Assembly: GCA_964404705.1 (NCBI GenBank)
Contig: CAYOLE010000001.1
Span: 1 to 62,234 of the forward strand
Direction: 5' to 3'
Origin: an uncultured Rhodohalobacter sp.
GTDB taxonomy: Bacteria > Bacteroidota > Rhodothermia > Balneolales > Balneolaceae
DNA: 62,234 nt
Shown: piece by piece, positions 1 through 10,785 of the stretch
How the letters are laid out: the number at the start of each line of letters is the position of its first letter
Position numbering within the stretch: the stretch's first letter is position 1
Position numbers and translations under genes: made by a program
Notes under the pieces: generated by a model
Databases searched by the model: none
What the model saw: the letters and a program-made list of their open reading frames with translations, nothing else
What the model was told of the DNA's origin: nothing

Positions 1-173
1 ATAAAATTGTGATGACTTTGAATTGACTCATCCGATGACTCAAACCCGCCATTTCCAAGACTAAGAAAACAGATTATTTGAAAAGCGTAGGTTTCACATT
101 GATTGAATGAAAATCTATTTCATTCATATCCATATAGGTTTTCATAATAATTCCTTGACGGACAGCTGATAAT

Positions 174-1655
174 TTACGGTATTTCGATGGCAAAGAGTAT
201 CGGTTCCAGGATTGATGGTGTGTAGATTATATAGAAGAGAATTCCAAGGATGAGCAGCAGATGGATCCCCGCCGTGAGTGATACAAAGAGCACTTTTGAA
301 AGTGCAGTTTCCAAAAATTTTGAGCTGTCTATCACCGCAATATTAAAACTGAAAAACCAGATCATGATAAAAATCACTCCAAAAAATAAGATCAGATACT
401 CATTAAAGCCCACCTGGTTAAATACGATTAAAAGTGTAACTACAAGAAGATTAAGGTGCAGCGGCCAGCTGTAAAGATTTAATACCTGGCTAAATGCGGT
501 GAGTTCGGGATTGGCAAAATAAATCCATAAAACAGAAATACCCTGTAAGATTAATGCCAGTAATATGCAGGCAACAAATAAGGAGAAAGCATGGTCACCA
601 AGCATCATTATACCGGGGAAATGGTAATCAAGAACCGCCAATCCTTGATCTGATAAAATTATTTCTGCAGTGGCAAATGCAAACAGACCTGTGATAAAGG
701 CATGTTGAATCAACAAGTAAAAACCGGGGAGGACATTCCGCAGCCGATGCTCATATACATCCGTAACAAAGAAACTGTGATTGGTAAAATATCGGATTAC
801 GGATTGACCATACACAGGCTGGAACCGTAAATGAGCAGCAAAACTGCCCCAAAGTAACAACAACAGAATAATGCTCCAGTTTACAGAAGGTTGCTGCTGG
901 GTTTGTGCCGGCAATGGCAATTCTATTGTTCTGCCTTCGGTATAATCCTGAAACACATACCGAAGTTCGCTTCTTGTTTCCAGTTGAGAGAAAAACCAGG
1001 GGGCGGGCAAAATCAGGATTGACTCATTAAATTCCTGAAGCCGGTTCATGGTTTGATTCAAATAGTAATATGATTCATATAGATTATTCGAGGGCACAAA
1101 ATGAATCACTGAACCATCAGCTGGAAGGTCCTGGCCGGGATAAACACGTTCTGAAATGAAGTTAAAACCACCAGGCCGGAAATCTAAAGAGAATCCTGCT
1201 GACCGGTAATATATTGGAGTCGGGATCGCCTGAGAGAGAGAATCTACCAGAGATTGTGCCGTTCTGGTAAAGCTGGGATAACTTTCAAAAGGATACCCTA
1301 ATATACTGGCGGCTGCAATTCGTTCCGGTGCTTCATTTTCGAACATTCGATATCGCTCTGCAATTTCTTCTGCAATAGCGCTGATATCTTGGGACAAGAG
1401 TCCGGGGACTGCATATTGAGGGCCAATTTGTACAAAGAAATTAAAGCGGTTTCCAGGGAAACTGCGAAGTTGCGCGGGATCAGAAAGTTCGAACAGTGTA
1501 ATGTTCAGCTCATTCGCAATGGCAAGTTGTTGTTCATCTATGTCAAACCCATCAGGTAAAGAAAGCACGATCCGATGTGCTTGTTGCTGATCCATATCAG
1601 GAATAAGTTCTGCGAAAGCCAGCAAAGTAAGCAGCACCGATAAGAGCAGTGGCAC
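174..1655 (-). CDS. Membrane protein with a signal peptide, a soluble N-terminal domain and a C-terminal multi-TM domain resembling DUF4271
   Basis: 493-aa ORF with a hydrophobic N-terminus, about 240 soluble residues, then about 6 hydrophobic helices; family call from overall architecture only. Confidence 0.55.
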   Translation of the reverse strand: MPLLLSVLLTLLAFAELIPDMDQQQAHRIVLSLPDGFDIDEQQLAIANELNITLFELSDPAQLRSFPGNRFNFFVQIGPQYAVPGLLSQDISAIAEEIAERYRMFENEAPERIAAASILGYPFESYPSFTRTAQSLVDSLSQAIPTPIYYRSAGFSLDFRPGGFNFISERVYPGQDLPADGSVIHFVPSNNLYESYYYLNQTMNRLQEFNESILILPAPWFFSQLETRSELRYVFQDYTEGRTIELPLPAQTQQQPSVNWSIILLLLLWGSFAAHLRFQPVYGQSVIRYFTNHSFFVTDVYEHRLRNVLPGFYLLIQHAFITGLFAFATAEIILSDQGLAVLDYHFPGIMMLGDHAFSLFVACILLALILQGISVLWIYFANPELTAFSQVLNLYSWPLHLNLLVVTLLIVFNQVGFNEYLILFFGVIFIMIWFFSFNIAVIDSSKFLETALSKVLFVSLTAGIHLLLILGILFYIIYTPSILEPILFAIEIP

Positions 1656-1665
1656 GTAGGATAAT

Positions 1666-2145
1666 CTATTTTTTAACGTTTACAGTTCGTTCAATCGGCA
1701 GGGAACGGGTTTCCTTAAAACTGCTGAGAACAATATTCGACCGCGTTCGTGTAACACCTTCCCATGATTGAATGAGTGAAAGTAATTTCTCAAAAGATTC
1801 TGTGTTTTTAGTCCGGACTTTCAGAATATGCGATCCGTCACCGGTGATTGAATGACATTCCAGAACCTCAGGATGCTCCGATACAAGATCTACAAAGTTG
1901 TTGTACATTTCTGAACCATCCACTTCTACAAAAATAAAAGCTGTGATGTCGAAGTTGAATTTTTTTGAATCCAGTATGGCATTGTACTCAGCTATGAGTC
2001 CTCTCTGTTCAAGCTTGCGCATGCGTTCGGATACCGAAGGAACCGAAAGATGGACAATCTCGGCTATAGTATTTCTTTGTGCCCGGCCATCTTTTTGAAG
2101 ATGATTCAGAATTTTAATGTCAGTTTCATCAAGTTGATAATTCAT
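1666..2145 (-). CDS. Lrp/AsnC family transcriptional regulator
   Basis: LDETDIKILNHLQKDGR...LSVPSVSERMRKLEQRGLI HTH and ECHSITGD RAM-domain motif; start moved to the ATG at 2145. Confidence 0.93.
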   Translation of the reverse strand: MNYQLDETDIKILNHLQKDGRAQRNTIAEIVHLSVPSVSERMRKLEQRGLIAEYNAILDSKKFNFDITAFIFVEVDGSEMYNNFVDLVSEHPEVLECHSITGDGSHILKVRTKNTESFEKLLSLIQSWEGVTRTRSNIVLSSFKETRSLPIERTVNVKK

Positions 2146-2346
2146 AATTAGCACCAGCCTAATATTTCTAAATGATTACCTGTTTATCTTAAATAAATTA
2201 GGAAAAATTCCTCAAATATGCTTGATAAGATTTGTTAAAAAGAAATCTTGATTACGATTAAATGATTTAAAAAAATTTCATTCATGCAGGTTACACTATT
2301 ATCTTTGTTATTCTCTTAAACTAATTAAAAATGTAAGAATTACATT

Positions 2347-3615
2347 ATGCTGGATATCACTTTTATTCGTGAAAATGCAGATCTCGTAAAAGAGGGGATG
2401 AAAAATAAAGGTGAAAAAGAAACAGAAATTGTAGACGAAGTAATTTCTAAATATGATGAATGGCGCAGAGATGTTACGGAAGCAGACAGGCTGAGGGCAG
2501 AGAGTAACATCCGTTCCAAAGAGATTGGAAAGTTAATGGGCCAGGGGAAAAAAGAGGAAGCCCAGAAAATTATTAAAGAAACAGGGGAGAGCAAGAAAAA
2601 AATCAAAGAACTGGAAGAAACCACTTCTGATCTGCGGTATGAATTGGATCAGTTGTTGTATAAAATTCCTAACGTGCCTGATTCTTCAGTACCTGTAGGG
2701 CATTCCGAAGAAGATAACAAAGTATTTAAAACCTGGGGCGAACCGGCAGGAAGTGATGATAAAGTGACCCACTGGGAAATTGCCGGGAAAAAAAAATGGC
2801 TGGATTTTGATCGCGGATCAAAAGTAACAGGCGCCGGGTTTCCCTTCTACCTGGGTAAACTGGCTTCTCTTCAGCGTGCGCTGATCAACTTCTTTATTAA
2901 CGAGGCGGTAAAAGCCGGGTATCTGGAGATGCAAACTCCTTATTTTGTAAATGAATCATCAGCCCGTGGAACCGGACAGATACCGGATAAAGAGGATATG
3001 ATGTATGAGATTCAGCGCGATCAGTTTTTTGTGATCCCGACTGCTGAGGTGCCGGTTACAAATTTTCACCGGGATGAAATACTGGAGCTGAATGAACTGC
3101 CACGTAGGTATGTGGCGCATACACCCTGTTGGCGGCGCGAGGCAGGTAGCTACGGCAAGGATGTGCGGGGATTAAACAGGCTGCACCAGTTTGACAAGGT
3201 GGAGCTGGTAAACATTGTTCACCCCGGCCAATCGGATGAGGAACTGGAAAAATTACGTTTGCATGCAGAATCATTACTCGAAAAACTTGAACTTCCCTAC
3301 AGAACATTGTTGATGTGCACCGGCGATATGGGCTTTACCCAAACAAAAAAATATGATCTTGAAGTCTGGAGCCCCGGACAGCAGCGCTGGCTTGAGGTAA
3401 GTTCATGTTCAAATTTCGGATCGTTCCAGGCGCGGCGGATGCAGCTTCGATACCGCGATGATAATAACAAAATTGATATTGCTCACACTCTTAATGGATC
3501 AGGACTGGCGTTGCCCCGTGTTGTGGCTGCCTTACTTGAAACGTATCAAACCAAAGAGGGTGATGTTAGTGTACCCTACATCTTGCAGTCGTTTATGGGA
3601 GTTGAAAAAATTTAA
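2347..3615 (+). CDS. serS: Serine--tRNA ligase
   Basis: MLDITFIREN N-terminus, PTAEVP, RREAGSYGKDVRGLNRLHQFDKVE, EVSSCSN and HTLNGSGLA class II motifs. Confidence 0.99.
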   Translation: MLDITFIRENADLVKEGMKNKGEKETEIVDEVISKYDEWRRDVTEADRLRAESNIRSKEIGKLMGQGKKEEAQKIIKETGESKKKIKELEETTSDLRYELDQLLYKIPNVPDSSVPVGHSEEDNKVFKTWGEPAGSDDKVTHWEIAGKKKWLDFDRGSKVTGAGFPFYLGKLASLQRALINFFINEAVKAGYLEMQTPYFVNESSARGTGQIPDKEDMMYEIQRDQFFVIPTAEVPVTNFHRDEILELNELPRRYVAHTPCWRREAGSYGKDVRGLNRLHQFDKVELVNIVHPGQSDEELEKLRLHAESLLEKLELPYRTLLMCTGDMGFTQTKKYDLEVWSPGQQRWLEVSSCSNFGSFQARRMQLRYRDDNNKIDIAHTLNGSGLALPRVVAALLETYQTKEGDVSVPYILQSFMGVEKI

Positions 3616-3892
3616 TCTGAGGCTGATAAATTTTGATATCTCAAGATCTGTCCTGTACAGTCTGTAGCTTCAGTAAGAAATTATTTAAATGATATGTGAT
3701 ATTTAACCGGCCATAAAATGCTTAATCTTATCTGACCATATCTGGTATTGAAATAGCACAACTGCGACTCGAAATCTTCTATAGTAGTTTTTGATGACGG
3801 TTAATGATCATCTTATTCAGACTCTTTCTTTTATAAATGTACATCTTTTTTACCTTCACACCTGATATTTAATAATCTACTTTACCTTTTAT

Positions 3893-5134
3893 ATGAAAGA
3901 AGCCAAAAAGAATCTTTCTTACCCGAAAGAGAATATTAAAATCCTGCTGCTTGAGGGGGTCCATCCAATTGCAGAAGAGATTTTCAGAAAGCATCACTTT
4001 ACAAATATTGAGACTCACAAAATTGCGTGGAGTGAAGAGGAGTTGTTGGATAACATTGAAGATGTTCAGGTTATTGGAATCCGGTCCAAAACACAAATTA
4101 CAGAAAGAGTGCTGAAAAATGCGTCAAAACTAAAAGCGATCGGCTGTTTTTGTATTGGAACAAACCAGGTTGATCTTGATGCGGCCATGATAGCCGGTGT
4201 TACGGTTTTTAACTCCCCCTATTCAAATACCCGGTCTGTTGCAGAGCTGGTGATAGCAGAGTCTGTAATGCTGATGAGAAGAATACCACTCAGAGATAAG
4301 AAAGCTCACGAAGGTGTGTGGCTGAAAGATGCAAACGAGAGCTATGAAGTCCGGGGCAAAAATATCGGAATAATCGGGTACGGCCATATCGGCTCACAGG
4401 TATCTGTACTGGCAGAAAACATGGGCTTAAACGTTATATACCATGATATTGAACCAAAACTGCCGATGGGAAATGCTACAAGAATGGAATCGCTGGACGA
4501 ACTGCTCGAAGTATCTGACATAGTAACTCTGCACGTTCCGGCAACTCCTGACACAAAGATGATGATGGACGCAGATAAAATGGCCAGGATGAAAAAGGGT
4601 AGTATACTACTTAACCTGTCGCGTGGATCTGTTGTGGATATTACTGCGCTAAAAAACGCCATCCAATCAGATCATCTTTCAGGTGCCGGTATTGATGTGT
4701 ATCCTAAAGAGCCTGAATCAAAAGGAGAGCCTTTCATATCGGAGTTGCAGAATCTTCCAAACGTGATCTTAACGCCTCACATAGGAGGTTCTACACAGGA
4801 AGCTCAGTATAATATTGGAATAGATACCTCAACAAAGCTCATTCAATTGGTTGATAACGGCACCACGGTTGGATCTCACTCGCTGCCTCCACTCAATCTC
4901 CCTGTACAAAAAAATGCACACCGAATTTTGCATATTCATGAAAATAAGCCAGGCGTTATGTCTGAAATTAACCGCTACCTGTCAGATATGGACATAAATA
5001 TTTTAGGACAGTATCTGAAAACAAACGAAACGATCGGCTATGTTGTACTGGATATCGACAAACATCACGGTAATAAACTGATTGAGGAACTGAAAAAAGT
5101 GAAGCATACCATAAAAACTCGAATTCTTTACTAA
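3893..5134 (+). CDS. serA: D-3-phosphoglycerate dehydrogenase with C-terminal ACT domain
   Basis: GIRSKT, GCFCIGTNQVD, NSPYSNTRSVAE, GYGHIG, LTPHIGGSTQEAQ and HENKPG motifs. Confidence 0.97.
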   Translation: MKEAKKNLSYPKENIKILLLEGVHPIAEEIFRKHHFTNIETHKIAWSEEELLDNIEDVQVIGIRSKTQITERVLKNASKLKAIGCFCIGTNQVDLDAAMIAGVTVFNSPYSNTRSVAELVIAESVMLMRRIPLRDKKAHEGVWLKDANESYEVRGKNIGIIGYGHIGSQVSVLAENMGLNVIYHDIEPKLPMGNATRMESLDELLEVSDIVTLHVPATPDTKMMMDADKMARMKKGSILLNLSRGSVVDITALKNAIQSDHLSGAGIDVYPKEPESKGEPFISELQNLPNVILTPHIGGSTQEAQYNIGIDTSTKLIQLVDNGTTVGSHSLPPLNLPVQKNAHRILHIHENKPGVMSEINRYLSDMDINILGQYLKTNETIGYVVLDIDKHHGNKLIEELKKVKHTIKTRILY

Positions 5135-5258
5135 GAAATTGAATGCGTTTAACCTTTATAGCAGCAGCAATTTCACGCGTGTTCTTTTGGCATTATCACA
5201 AAATGTTTTTTTCCCCTGCCAGATTGCTTCTCATAAACTTCTAATCTTCGGTTCTTGT

Positions 5259-7277
5259 ATGAAACGTTCTCTTCTGATTTTTATAACTCTGCTTTTGTTC
5301 TTTTCAGTGACACTAAACGCCCAGCAGCGGGCTATGACTACTGATGATATCATCGACCTAAACGGACTTGAGTCTGCGATGATTTCACCTGATGGTGAGT
5401 CAGTGATTTTTGGCAAATCCACTCTGGATTGGGAGGAAAACGAACGCAAAACCAAATATTACTATGTGCCGGCCGACAGTGGGCATACGTATCAGTATAT
5501 CGGGGAAGATGGCGGATCTGATCTGAAATATTCGCCTGATGGTAACTACATTTCGCTGAAGAGAACCAAAGATGAGAAAACACAGCTTTTCTTACTGCCA
5601 ACGTCCGGTGGAGAAGCCGTTCAGCTAACGGAACATGAAACAGCAATTGGCCGCTACGAATGGGGATCCGACAGCCAGTCGATATATTTTGTTGCCGATC
5701 AGCCTAAATCTTCTGAAGAGAAGAAAGAATACGAGGCAGGGTACGACCATCTATTTGTTGATGAACCACCGCACGGCCAACGTGAGGGGGCATGGCATAC
5801 CCTCTGGAAGATTAACATTGAGAGCAAAGATACTACCAGGTTTACACATAATGATGTGCGAATTGGTGACTTCGCCGTTTCTCCCGATCAGCAGAAAGTG
5901 GCCTACACCGGCCGTTTCGAAAACAGGAGAAATCAGCAGTATATGTCGGAAATATTTTTACTTGAAACCGGGGACAGCACAGCAGTTCAGTTAACCGAAA
6001 ATGAAGTTCCGGAAGGTAACCTGCAATGGATGCCCGACAGCCGGCATATAATTTTTTCAGCCGCCGATGATGAAGAATGGGATCTCAAACAAAGCAAGCT
6101 GTGGTCAATGGACACCAGTGACAAAAGCTATCGGTTGATATCAGATCAGTTCGAAGGAAATTTGCGAGACTATGTGATTTCTGAAGATGGCGGCACTATC
6201 TATTTTACGGGATCCTACCGAACGGATACCAATCTCTATTCACTCGATTTAGCTACAGGAAACGTTAGCCAGCACACGGAAATTAACGGAACGCTTCGCG
6301 TAATTGATTACAGTAAAGACCGGGATCGATTACTTATCCGAAAAGAGAATGTTACCACGCCGCCGGACTTGTACACCACTAACCTGGAAAATCCGGATGA
6401 GCTGACACGCCTTACGGATCTGAACCCGATCGTTCGCGACAGTCTTGAACTGGCTGAATTTGAAATTGTGACCTGGGAGAGTTATGACGGTCTGGAGATT
6501 GAAGGAATATATTACAAGCCGGAAGATCATGCTTATGACGGCTCAGCACCGTTTTTGCTTCATATCCATGGTGGGCCTGCCGGAGTTTTCTCTAACAGTT
6601 TTCAGCCTCAAAATCATGTTTGGGCGGGACTTGGTTATGTACAACTCGCTCCGAATGTACGTGGAAGTACAGCGTATGGAGATAGTTTGCTGAGAGGTAA
6701 TATGTATGATATTGGAGATGGTGATTATGAAGATCTGATGAGCGGGGTAGATATGCTGGTGGATAAACAATCCGTAGATCCGGAAAAACTGGCGGTTCGC
6801 GGGTGGAGTTACGGCGGTATACTTGGCGGAACAACTATAACAAAAACCGACCGGTTTAAAGCTGCCTCGCTCGGAGCCGGTGTGTACGACTGGGTATCTG
6901 AATATGCAATGGGTTTCAACCATGATGTGCGTTTGTGGTATATAGGTGAGGAACCTTGGACAAATCCTGATGACTATCGACAGCGCTCCGCCGCTATGGA
7001 TGCAGCAAATGTGACAACGCCAACATTGTTTATTCACGGCGAACGCGACAGGGTGGATACACCGCATCAAAGTTTAATATTTTTTACGTTTTTGCAGGAT
7101 ATTGGTGAAGTTGATACGCGATACGTCTTTTTAAAACGTGAAGGGCATGGAATAAGAGAACCGCGAAATCAGCGAACACGGGATATTGAGGAGATCCGTT
7201 GGATCCAAAAATATATAACCGGCGAGGAGTGGGAGCCCTGGGAACGCAAAGAAGAAGAGGAGGATGAAGAGAAATAG
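5259..7277 (+). CDS. Secreted S9 family peptidase (acylaminoacyl/dipeptidyl peptidase-like)
   Basis: Signal peptide from ATG 5259 (MKRSLLIFITLL), beta-propeller repeats, HGGP, GWSYGG nucleophile motif, HGERD and EGHG. Confidence 0.92.
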   Translation: MKRSLLIFITLLLFFSVTLNAQQRAMTTDDIIDLNGLESAMISPDGESVIFGKSTLDWEENERKTKYYYVPADSGHTYQYIGEDGGSDLKYSPDGNYISLKRTKDEKTQLFLLPTSGGEAVQLTEHETAIGRYEWGSDSQSIYFVADQPKSSEEKKEYEAGYDHLFVDEPPHGQREGAWHTLWKINIESKDTTRFTHNDVRIGDFAVSPDQQKVAYTGRFENRRNQQYMSEIFLLETGDSTAVQLTENEVPEGNLQWMPDSRHIIFSAADDEEWDLKQSKLWSMDTSDKSYRLISDQFEGNLRDYVISEDGGTIYFTGSYRTDTNLYSLDLATGNVSQHTEINGTLRVIDYSKDRDRLLIRKENVTTPPDLYTTNLENPDELTRLTDLNPIVRDSLELAEFEIVTWESYDGLEIEGIYYKPEDHAYDGSAPFLLHIHGGPAGVFSNSFQPQNHVWAGLGYVQLAPNVRGSTAYGDSLLRGNMYDIGDGDYEDLMSGVDMLVDKQSVDPEKLAVRGWSYGGILGGTTITKTDRFKAASLGAGVYDWVSEYAMGFNHDVRLWYIGEEPWTNPDDYRQRSAAMDAANVTTPTLFIHGERDRVDTPHQSLIFFTFLQDIGEVDTRYVFLKREGHGIREPRNQRTRDIEEIRWIQKYITGEEWEPWERKEEEEDEEK

Positions 7278-7323
7278 TAGAAGTCAGAAAAAGACTCTCA
7301 GGCTTCTGCCCATAATATGTGTA

Positions 7324-8313
7324 TTACGCCACTGCATATAGTTTTTCCTCCTTAAAGTTCAGAAGTAGCTCGAGAACAGGCTGCATCTCTTTTTCCTGCA
7401 TAATAGCACCCCGTAATTTTTTCCCATTACGGATTCCTTTGAGGTACTGCCCATAGTGCTTTTTCATGATGATAACTCCGTACTGTTCACCGTGGTGCTC
7501 AACGGAAAGTTGTAACTGTCGCGCGCAGAGTTTAAGGCGTTCTTCGATAGAAGGATCTGGAATTACTTCGCCTGTAAATAGAAAATGTTTTGTCTGTTCA
7601 AAAATCCACGGATTGCCGATCGCACCACGGCCAATCATTACACCATCAACACCGGTTTCGTCGAGCATTTTTTTTGCCATTTGTGGAGAGGTTACATCAC
7701 CATTTCCTATGATAGGAATTTCAAGTCCCGGTGTATCTTTAAGATATTTCAGATATTCCCAACGTGCATCACCTTTATATTTTTGATGCCGGGTGCGTGC
7801 GTGAACGGTTAAGGCTTTTACACCAAGACGCTGCAACATCAGGCCAACCTCACGTATGCGGATGGTGGAATCATCCCAACCCAGTCGGGTTTTAACTGTT
7901 ACCGGTGTATCACCGGCGGCATCCACTACGGATCCGGCCATTCTCTCCATCATTTCAAGATCCTTAAGACAGGCGGAGCCGGCACCTTTTTTCACAATTT
8001 TATAGACCGGACATCCAAAATTGATATCGATCAGATCGGGATTATTGGCTTTTGCTACTTTTGTAGCTCCCTCCATCGCTTCTTCGCGTCCTCCGAAAAT
8101 CTGTATTCCGAATGGCCGTTCCGCTTCTTCAAAAGACATCTTATGCATGGCAATATCAACATCCCGTATAATTGCTTCGGAACTTATGAACTCAGTATAG
8201 ACCATATCAGCTCCTTTTTGTTTGCAAATCTGCCGGAATGGTGAATCTGTAACATCTTCCATCGGAGCTAATAAAAGGGCGTTTTCGGGTAAAGATATAT
8301 TATGAATATTCAT
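7324..8313 (-). CDS. dusB: tRNA-dihydrouridine synthase
   Basis: LAPMEDVTD, DINFGCP, TVKTRLGWD, VHART, IGNGDV and MIGRGAIGNPW motifs. Confidence 0.95.
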   Translation of the reverse strand: MNIHNISLPENALLLAPMEDVTDSPFRQICKQKGADMVYTEFISSEAIIRDVDIAMHKMSFEEAERPFGIQIFGGREEAMEGATKVAKANNPDLIDINFGCPVYKIVKKGAGSACLKDLEMMERMAGSVVDAAGDTPVTVKTRLGWDDSTIRIREVGLMLQRLGVKALTVHARTRHQKYKGDARWEYLKYLKDTPGLEIPIIGNGDVTSPQMAKKMLDETGVDGVMIGRGAIGNPWIFEQTKHFLFTGEVIPDPSIEERLKLCARQLQLSVEHHGEQYGVIIMKKHYGQYLKGIRNGKKLRGAIMQEKEMQPVLELLLNFKEEKLYAVA

Positions 8314-8525
8314 CAGTAAGTTTAGAAACTAAATGAAAAGTGACAGTGAATCGAAGGCAACTTTAAAAATATGGATTTTTTGTGTGTAAACCATCATTTT
8401 TCGCTTTTTACAGCAGGTGATTGAGTTGGAAGCGGTTCGATAATCAGAATGGATAGCCATTTGATACTCTATCACGTATATTCAATTTTATTAACAATAA
8501 TAAACAAAGTACAGGAGCTAAAATC

Positions 8526-9602
8526 ATGTCACTTGCTATATCAGGAATTGAAGAACTTTTAGACAAAGATGCAGACTCACTTTTAAATCATGTTTGTGAA
8601 ACAATTCCCAAAGAAGATCTCCACCTGCCCACTGATTCATACGTTGATAGTGTGTGGTATCATTCAGACAGAAATAACAGGGTACTCGCAAATCTTGAGA
8701 GATTATTTAATCATGGCCGGCTGGCCGGTACTGGCTATTTATCTATTCTGCCTGTAGACCAGGGAATTGAACATAGTGGCGGTGCATCGTTCGCCAAAAA
8801 TCCGGCTTATTTTGATCCTGAAAATATAGTGGAACTTGCCATTGAAGGTGGCTGTAACGCTGTTGCCTCTACATTTGGTGTACTGGCAACAGTATCAAGA
8901 AAATATGCCCACAAAATTCCATTTCTTGTTAAGATAAATCATAATGAGCTACTAACATATCCGAACACATACGATCAGATTATGTTTGGATCGATCGATA
9001 AAGCATACGATATGGGTGCTGCTGCAGTTGGTGCTACCATCTATTTTGGATCTGAAGAATCGGGCCGGCAGATTGTGGAAGTTGCCCGTGCTTTTGAACA
9101 TGCGCATGATCTCGGTATGGCCACTGTGCTTTGGTGCTATACCCGAAACTCAGCATTTAAAGTAAACGGTACTGATTATCACTCATCAGCTGATCTTACC
9201 GGCCAGGCCAACCACATTGGTGCAACGATTGGCGCGGATATTTTGAAACAAAAGCTGCCAACAAATAACGGCGGTTTCAAAGCTCTTAACACAGGCGACT
9301 CATCGTACGGTAAACTTGATGAACGTATCTATTCAGAATTAACAACGGACAATCCTATCGATCTGACTCGTTACCAGGTGGCAAATGGATATATGGGGCG
9401 TGCCGGGCTAATTAATTCAGGTGGTGCTTCCGGTAAAAATGACTTTGCCCAGGCAGTAAAAACTGCTGTGATTAATAAACGTGCCGGGGGTATGGGCCTC
9501 ATCAGTGGCAGAAAAGCTTTTCAGCGCCCTGTTGACGAAGGGGTAAAACTTCTTAACTATATTCAGGATGTTTATCTTAACGAAGATATAACCGTTGCCT
9601 GA
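8526..9602 (+). CDS. fbaB: Class I fructose-bisphosphate aldolase (DhnA/FbaB type)
   Basis: [30 protein letters not shown] and [10 protein letters not shown] motifs; AGGAG SD upstream. Confidence 0.96.
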   Translation: MSLAISGIEELLDKDADSLLNHVCETIPKEDLHLPTDSYVDSVWYHSDRNNRVLANLERLFNHGRLAGTGYLSILPVDQGIEHSGGASFAKNPAYFDPENIVELAIEGGCNAVASTFGVLATVSRKYAHKIPFLVKINHNELLTYPNTYDQIMFGSIDKAYDMGAAAVGATIYFGSEESGRQIVEVARAFEHAHDLGMATVLWCYTRNSAFKVNGTDYHSSADLTGQANHIGATIGADILKQKLPTNNGGFKALNTGDSSYGKLDERIYSELTTDNPIDLTRYQVANGYMGRAGLINSGGASGKNDFAQAVKTAVINKRAGGMGLISGRKAFQRPVDEGVKLLNYIQDVYLNEDITVA

Positions 9603-9708
9603 TGCCATTTTTGTCATAGTCACCTCTTGTTCCCAGGCAGGAGGTGTTCTTTAAAAAATCTTGTAAATTCGGGACTGGATAATAGTTGAGAATCACCAAA
9701 TCTAATAT

Positions 9709-10785
9709 TTGTCAGCCAAGGTTTCACATAGCGACAGCACTACTTCAAGTTTAATATCCCTCAAATATCTTGCGATCTCCATAGCTTTAAGTGTTATAAG
9801 TATGGGAATCGTAATCTATCTGACCTACACACCCGGTGTGCTCGATCATCTGGCTCCTAAACGCCTGCCTGGATTACTTATCGCGTTAGGGGTAATACTT
9901 TTGAAGGTCTATTTTTCGGCTGCAAAGTTACGTTATCTGGCAGATAAGGAGATTGGCTGGATTGCAAGCACACGAATATCACTTACATGGGATTTTGCAT
10001 CAGCCGTTACCCCGTCTACGATTGGCGGTGCCCCGGTTGCTACGTATGCCATGACAAGAGAGGGTATTAAACTGGGAAAATCATCAGCAATTATTTTATA
10101 TGGCGTTCTGCTGGATCAGTTTTGGTACGCACTCGCTGTTCCAATTCTTCTGCTTGCCGGATTTTACTATCAGGTACTACCACCTGAAATCGGTTTTGTG
10201 GGAAATCTCACCATGGTGCTGATTTATTCAAGCTTATTATTATACGGCGGATTTCTCACCTATGGGTTAGTTGTTAATCCATCATCAATGAAAAAAGTTA
10301 TCAACTGGATTTTTAAATGGCCTTATCTCAATCGATTTTCAGAAAAGATGAGGTTAGAAGCTGATAATCTTGAAGGATATTCTTATGAACTGAGACGCAA
10401 GCCAGTAGGTTTTTTTCTAAAAGCTTTTTTCTTTTCCACCATGAGCTGGCTTTGCCGTATAGCCATTCCTGTTATTGTGATCCTGAGTTTGTTGCCTGGT
10501 CCTGAGATATTACTTGTGCTTAGAAGTCTTGCTATGAACCTGGCTTTCTTAATTATTCCCACTCCTGGGGGTTCGGGGGGCGTTGAAGGATTGTTTGCGA
10601 TTTTTATGGGGCCACTCATTGAGCGCACTGCATTTATCGGTCTTGCAGTTTTCGTCTGGCGATTTATCACCTACTATATAAGCATTGGGTTTGGTATAAT
10701 CGCTACAGCCTGGTATGTAAATCATAAAGTGGTGGAAGTGGTAAAATCATCAAATGATGAAAAACCCATAAAGACAGAAATATAG
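9709..10785 (+). CDS. Lysylphosphatidylglycerol synthase TM (UPF0104, flippase-like) membrane protein
   Basis: Multi-TM protein with SAVTPSTIGG, PTPGGSGGVEG and VWRFITYY motifs; TTG start uncertain. Confidence 0.85.
   Translation: MSAKVSHSDSTTSSLISLKYLAISIALSVISMGIVIYLTYTPGVLDHLAPKRLPGLLIALGVILLKVYFSAAKLRYLADKEIGWIASTRISLTWDFASAVTPSTIGGAPVATYAMTREGIKLGKSSAIILYGVLLDQFWYALAVPILLLAGFYYQVLPPEIGFVGNLTMVLIYSSLLLYGGFLTYGLVVNPSSMKKVINWIFKWPYLNRFSEKMRLEADNLEGYSYELRRKPVGFFLKAFFFSTMSWLCRIAIPVIVILSLLPGPEILLVLRSLAMNLAFLIIPTPGGSGGVEGLFAIFMGPLIERTAFIGLAVFVWRFITYYISIGFGIIATAWYVNHKVVEVVKSSNDEKPIKTEI

Noticed and set aside
74-145. 23-codon minus-strand ORF (MKTYMDMNEIDFHSINVKPTLFK) as a possible leader peptide, with GATGAC/TGACTCA repeats at about 11-42
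   Set aside because: No amino-acid run or clear attenuator structure, and the downstream context lies outside the window.
5139-5258. N-terminal extensions given by the ORF track (also at 17603, 28991, 36697, 51242 and 59411)
   Set aside because: Downstream starts give proper signal peptides or family N-termini and remove implausible overlaps.
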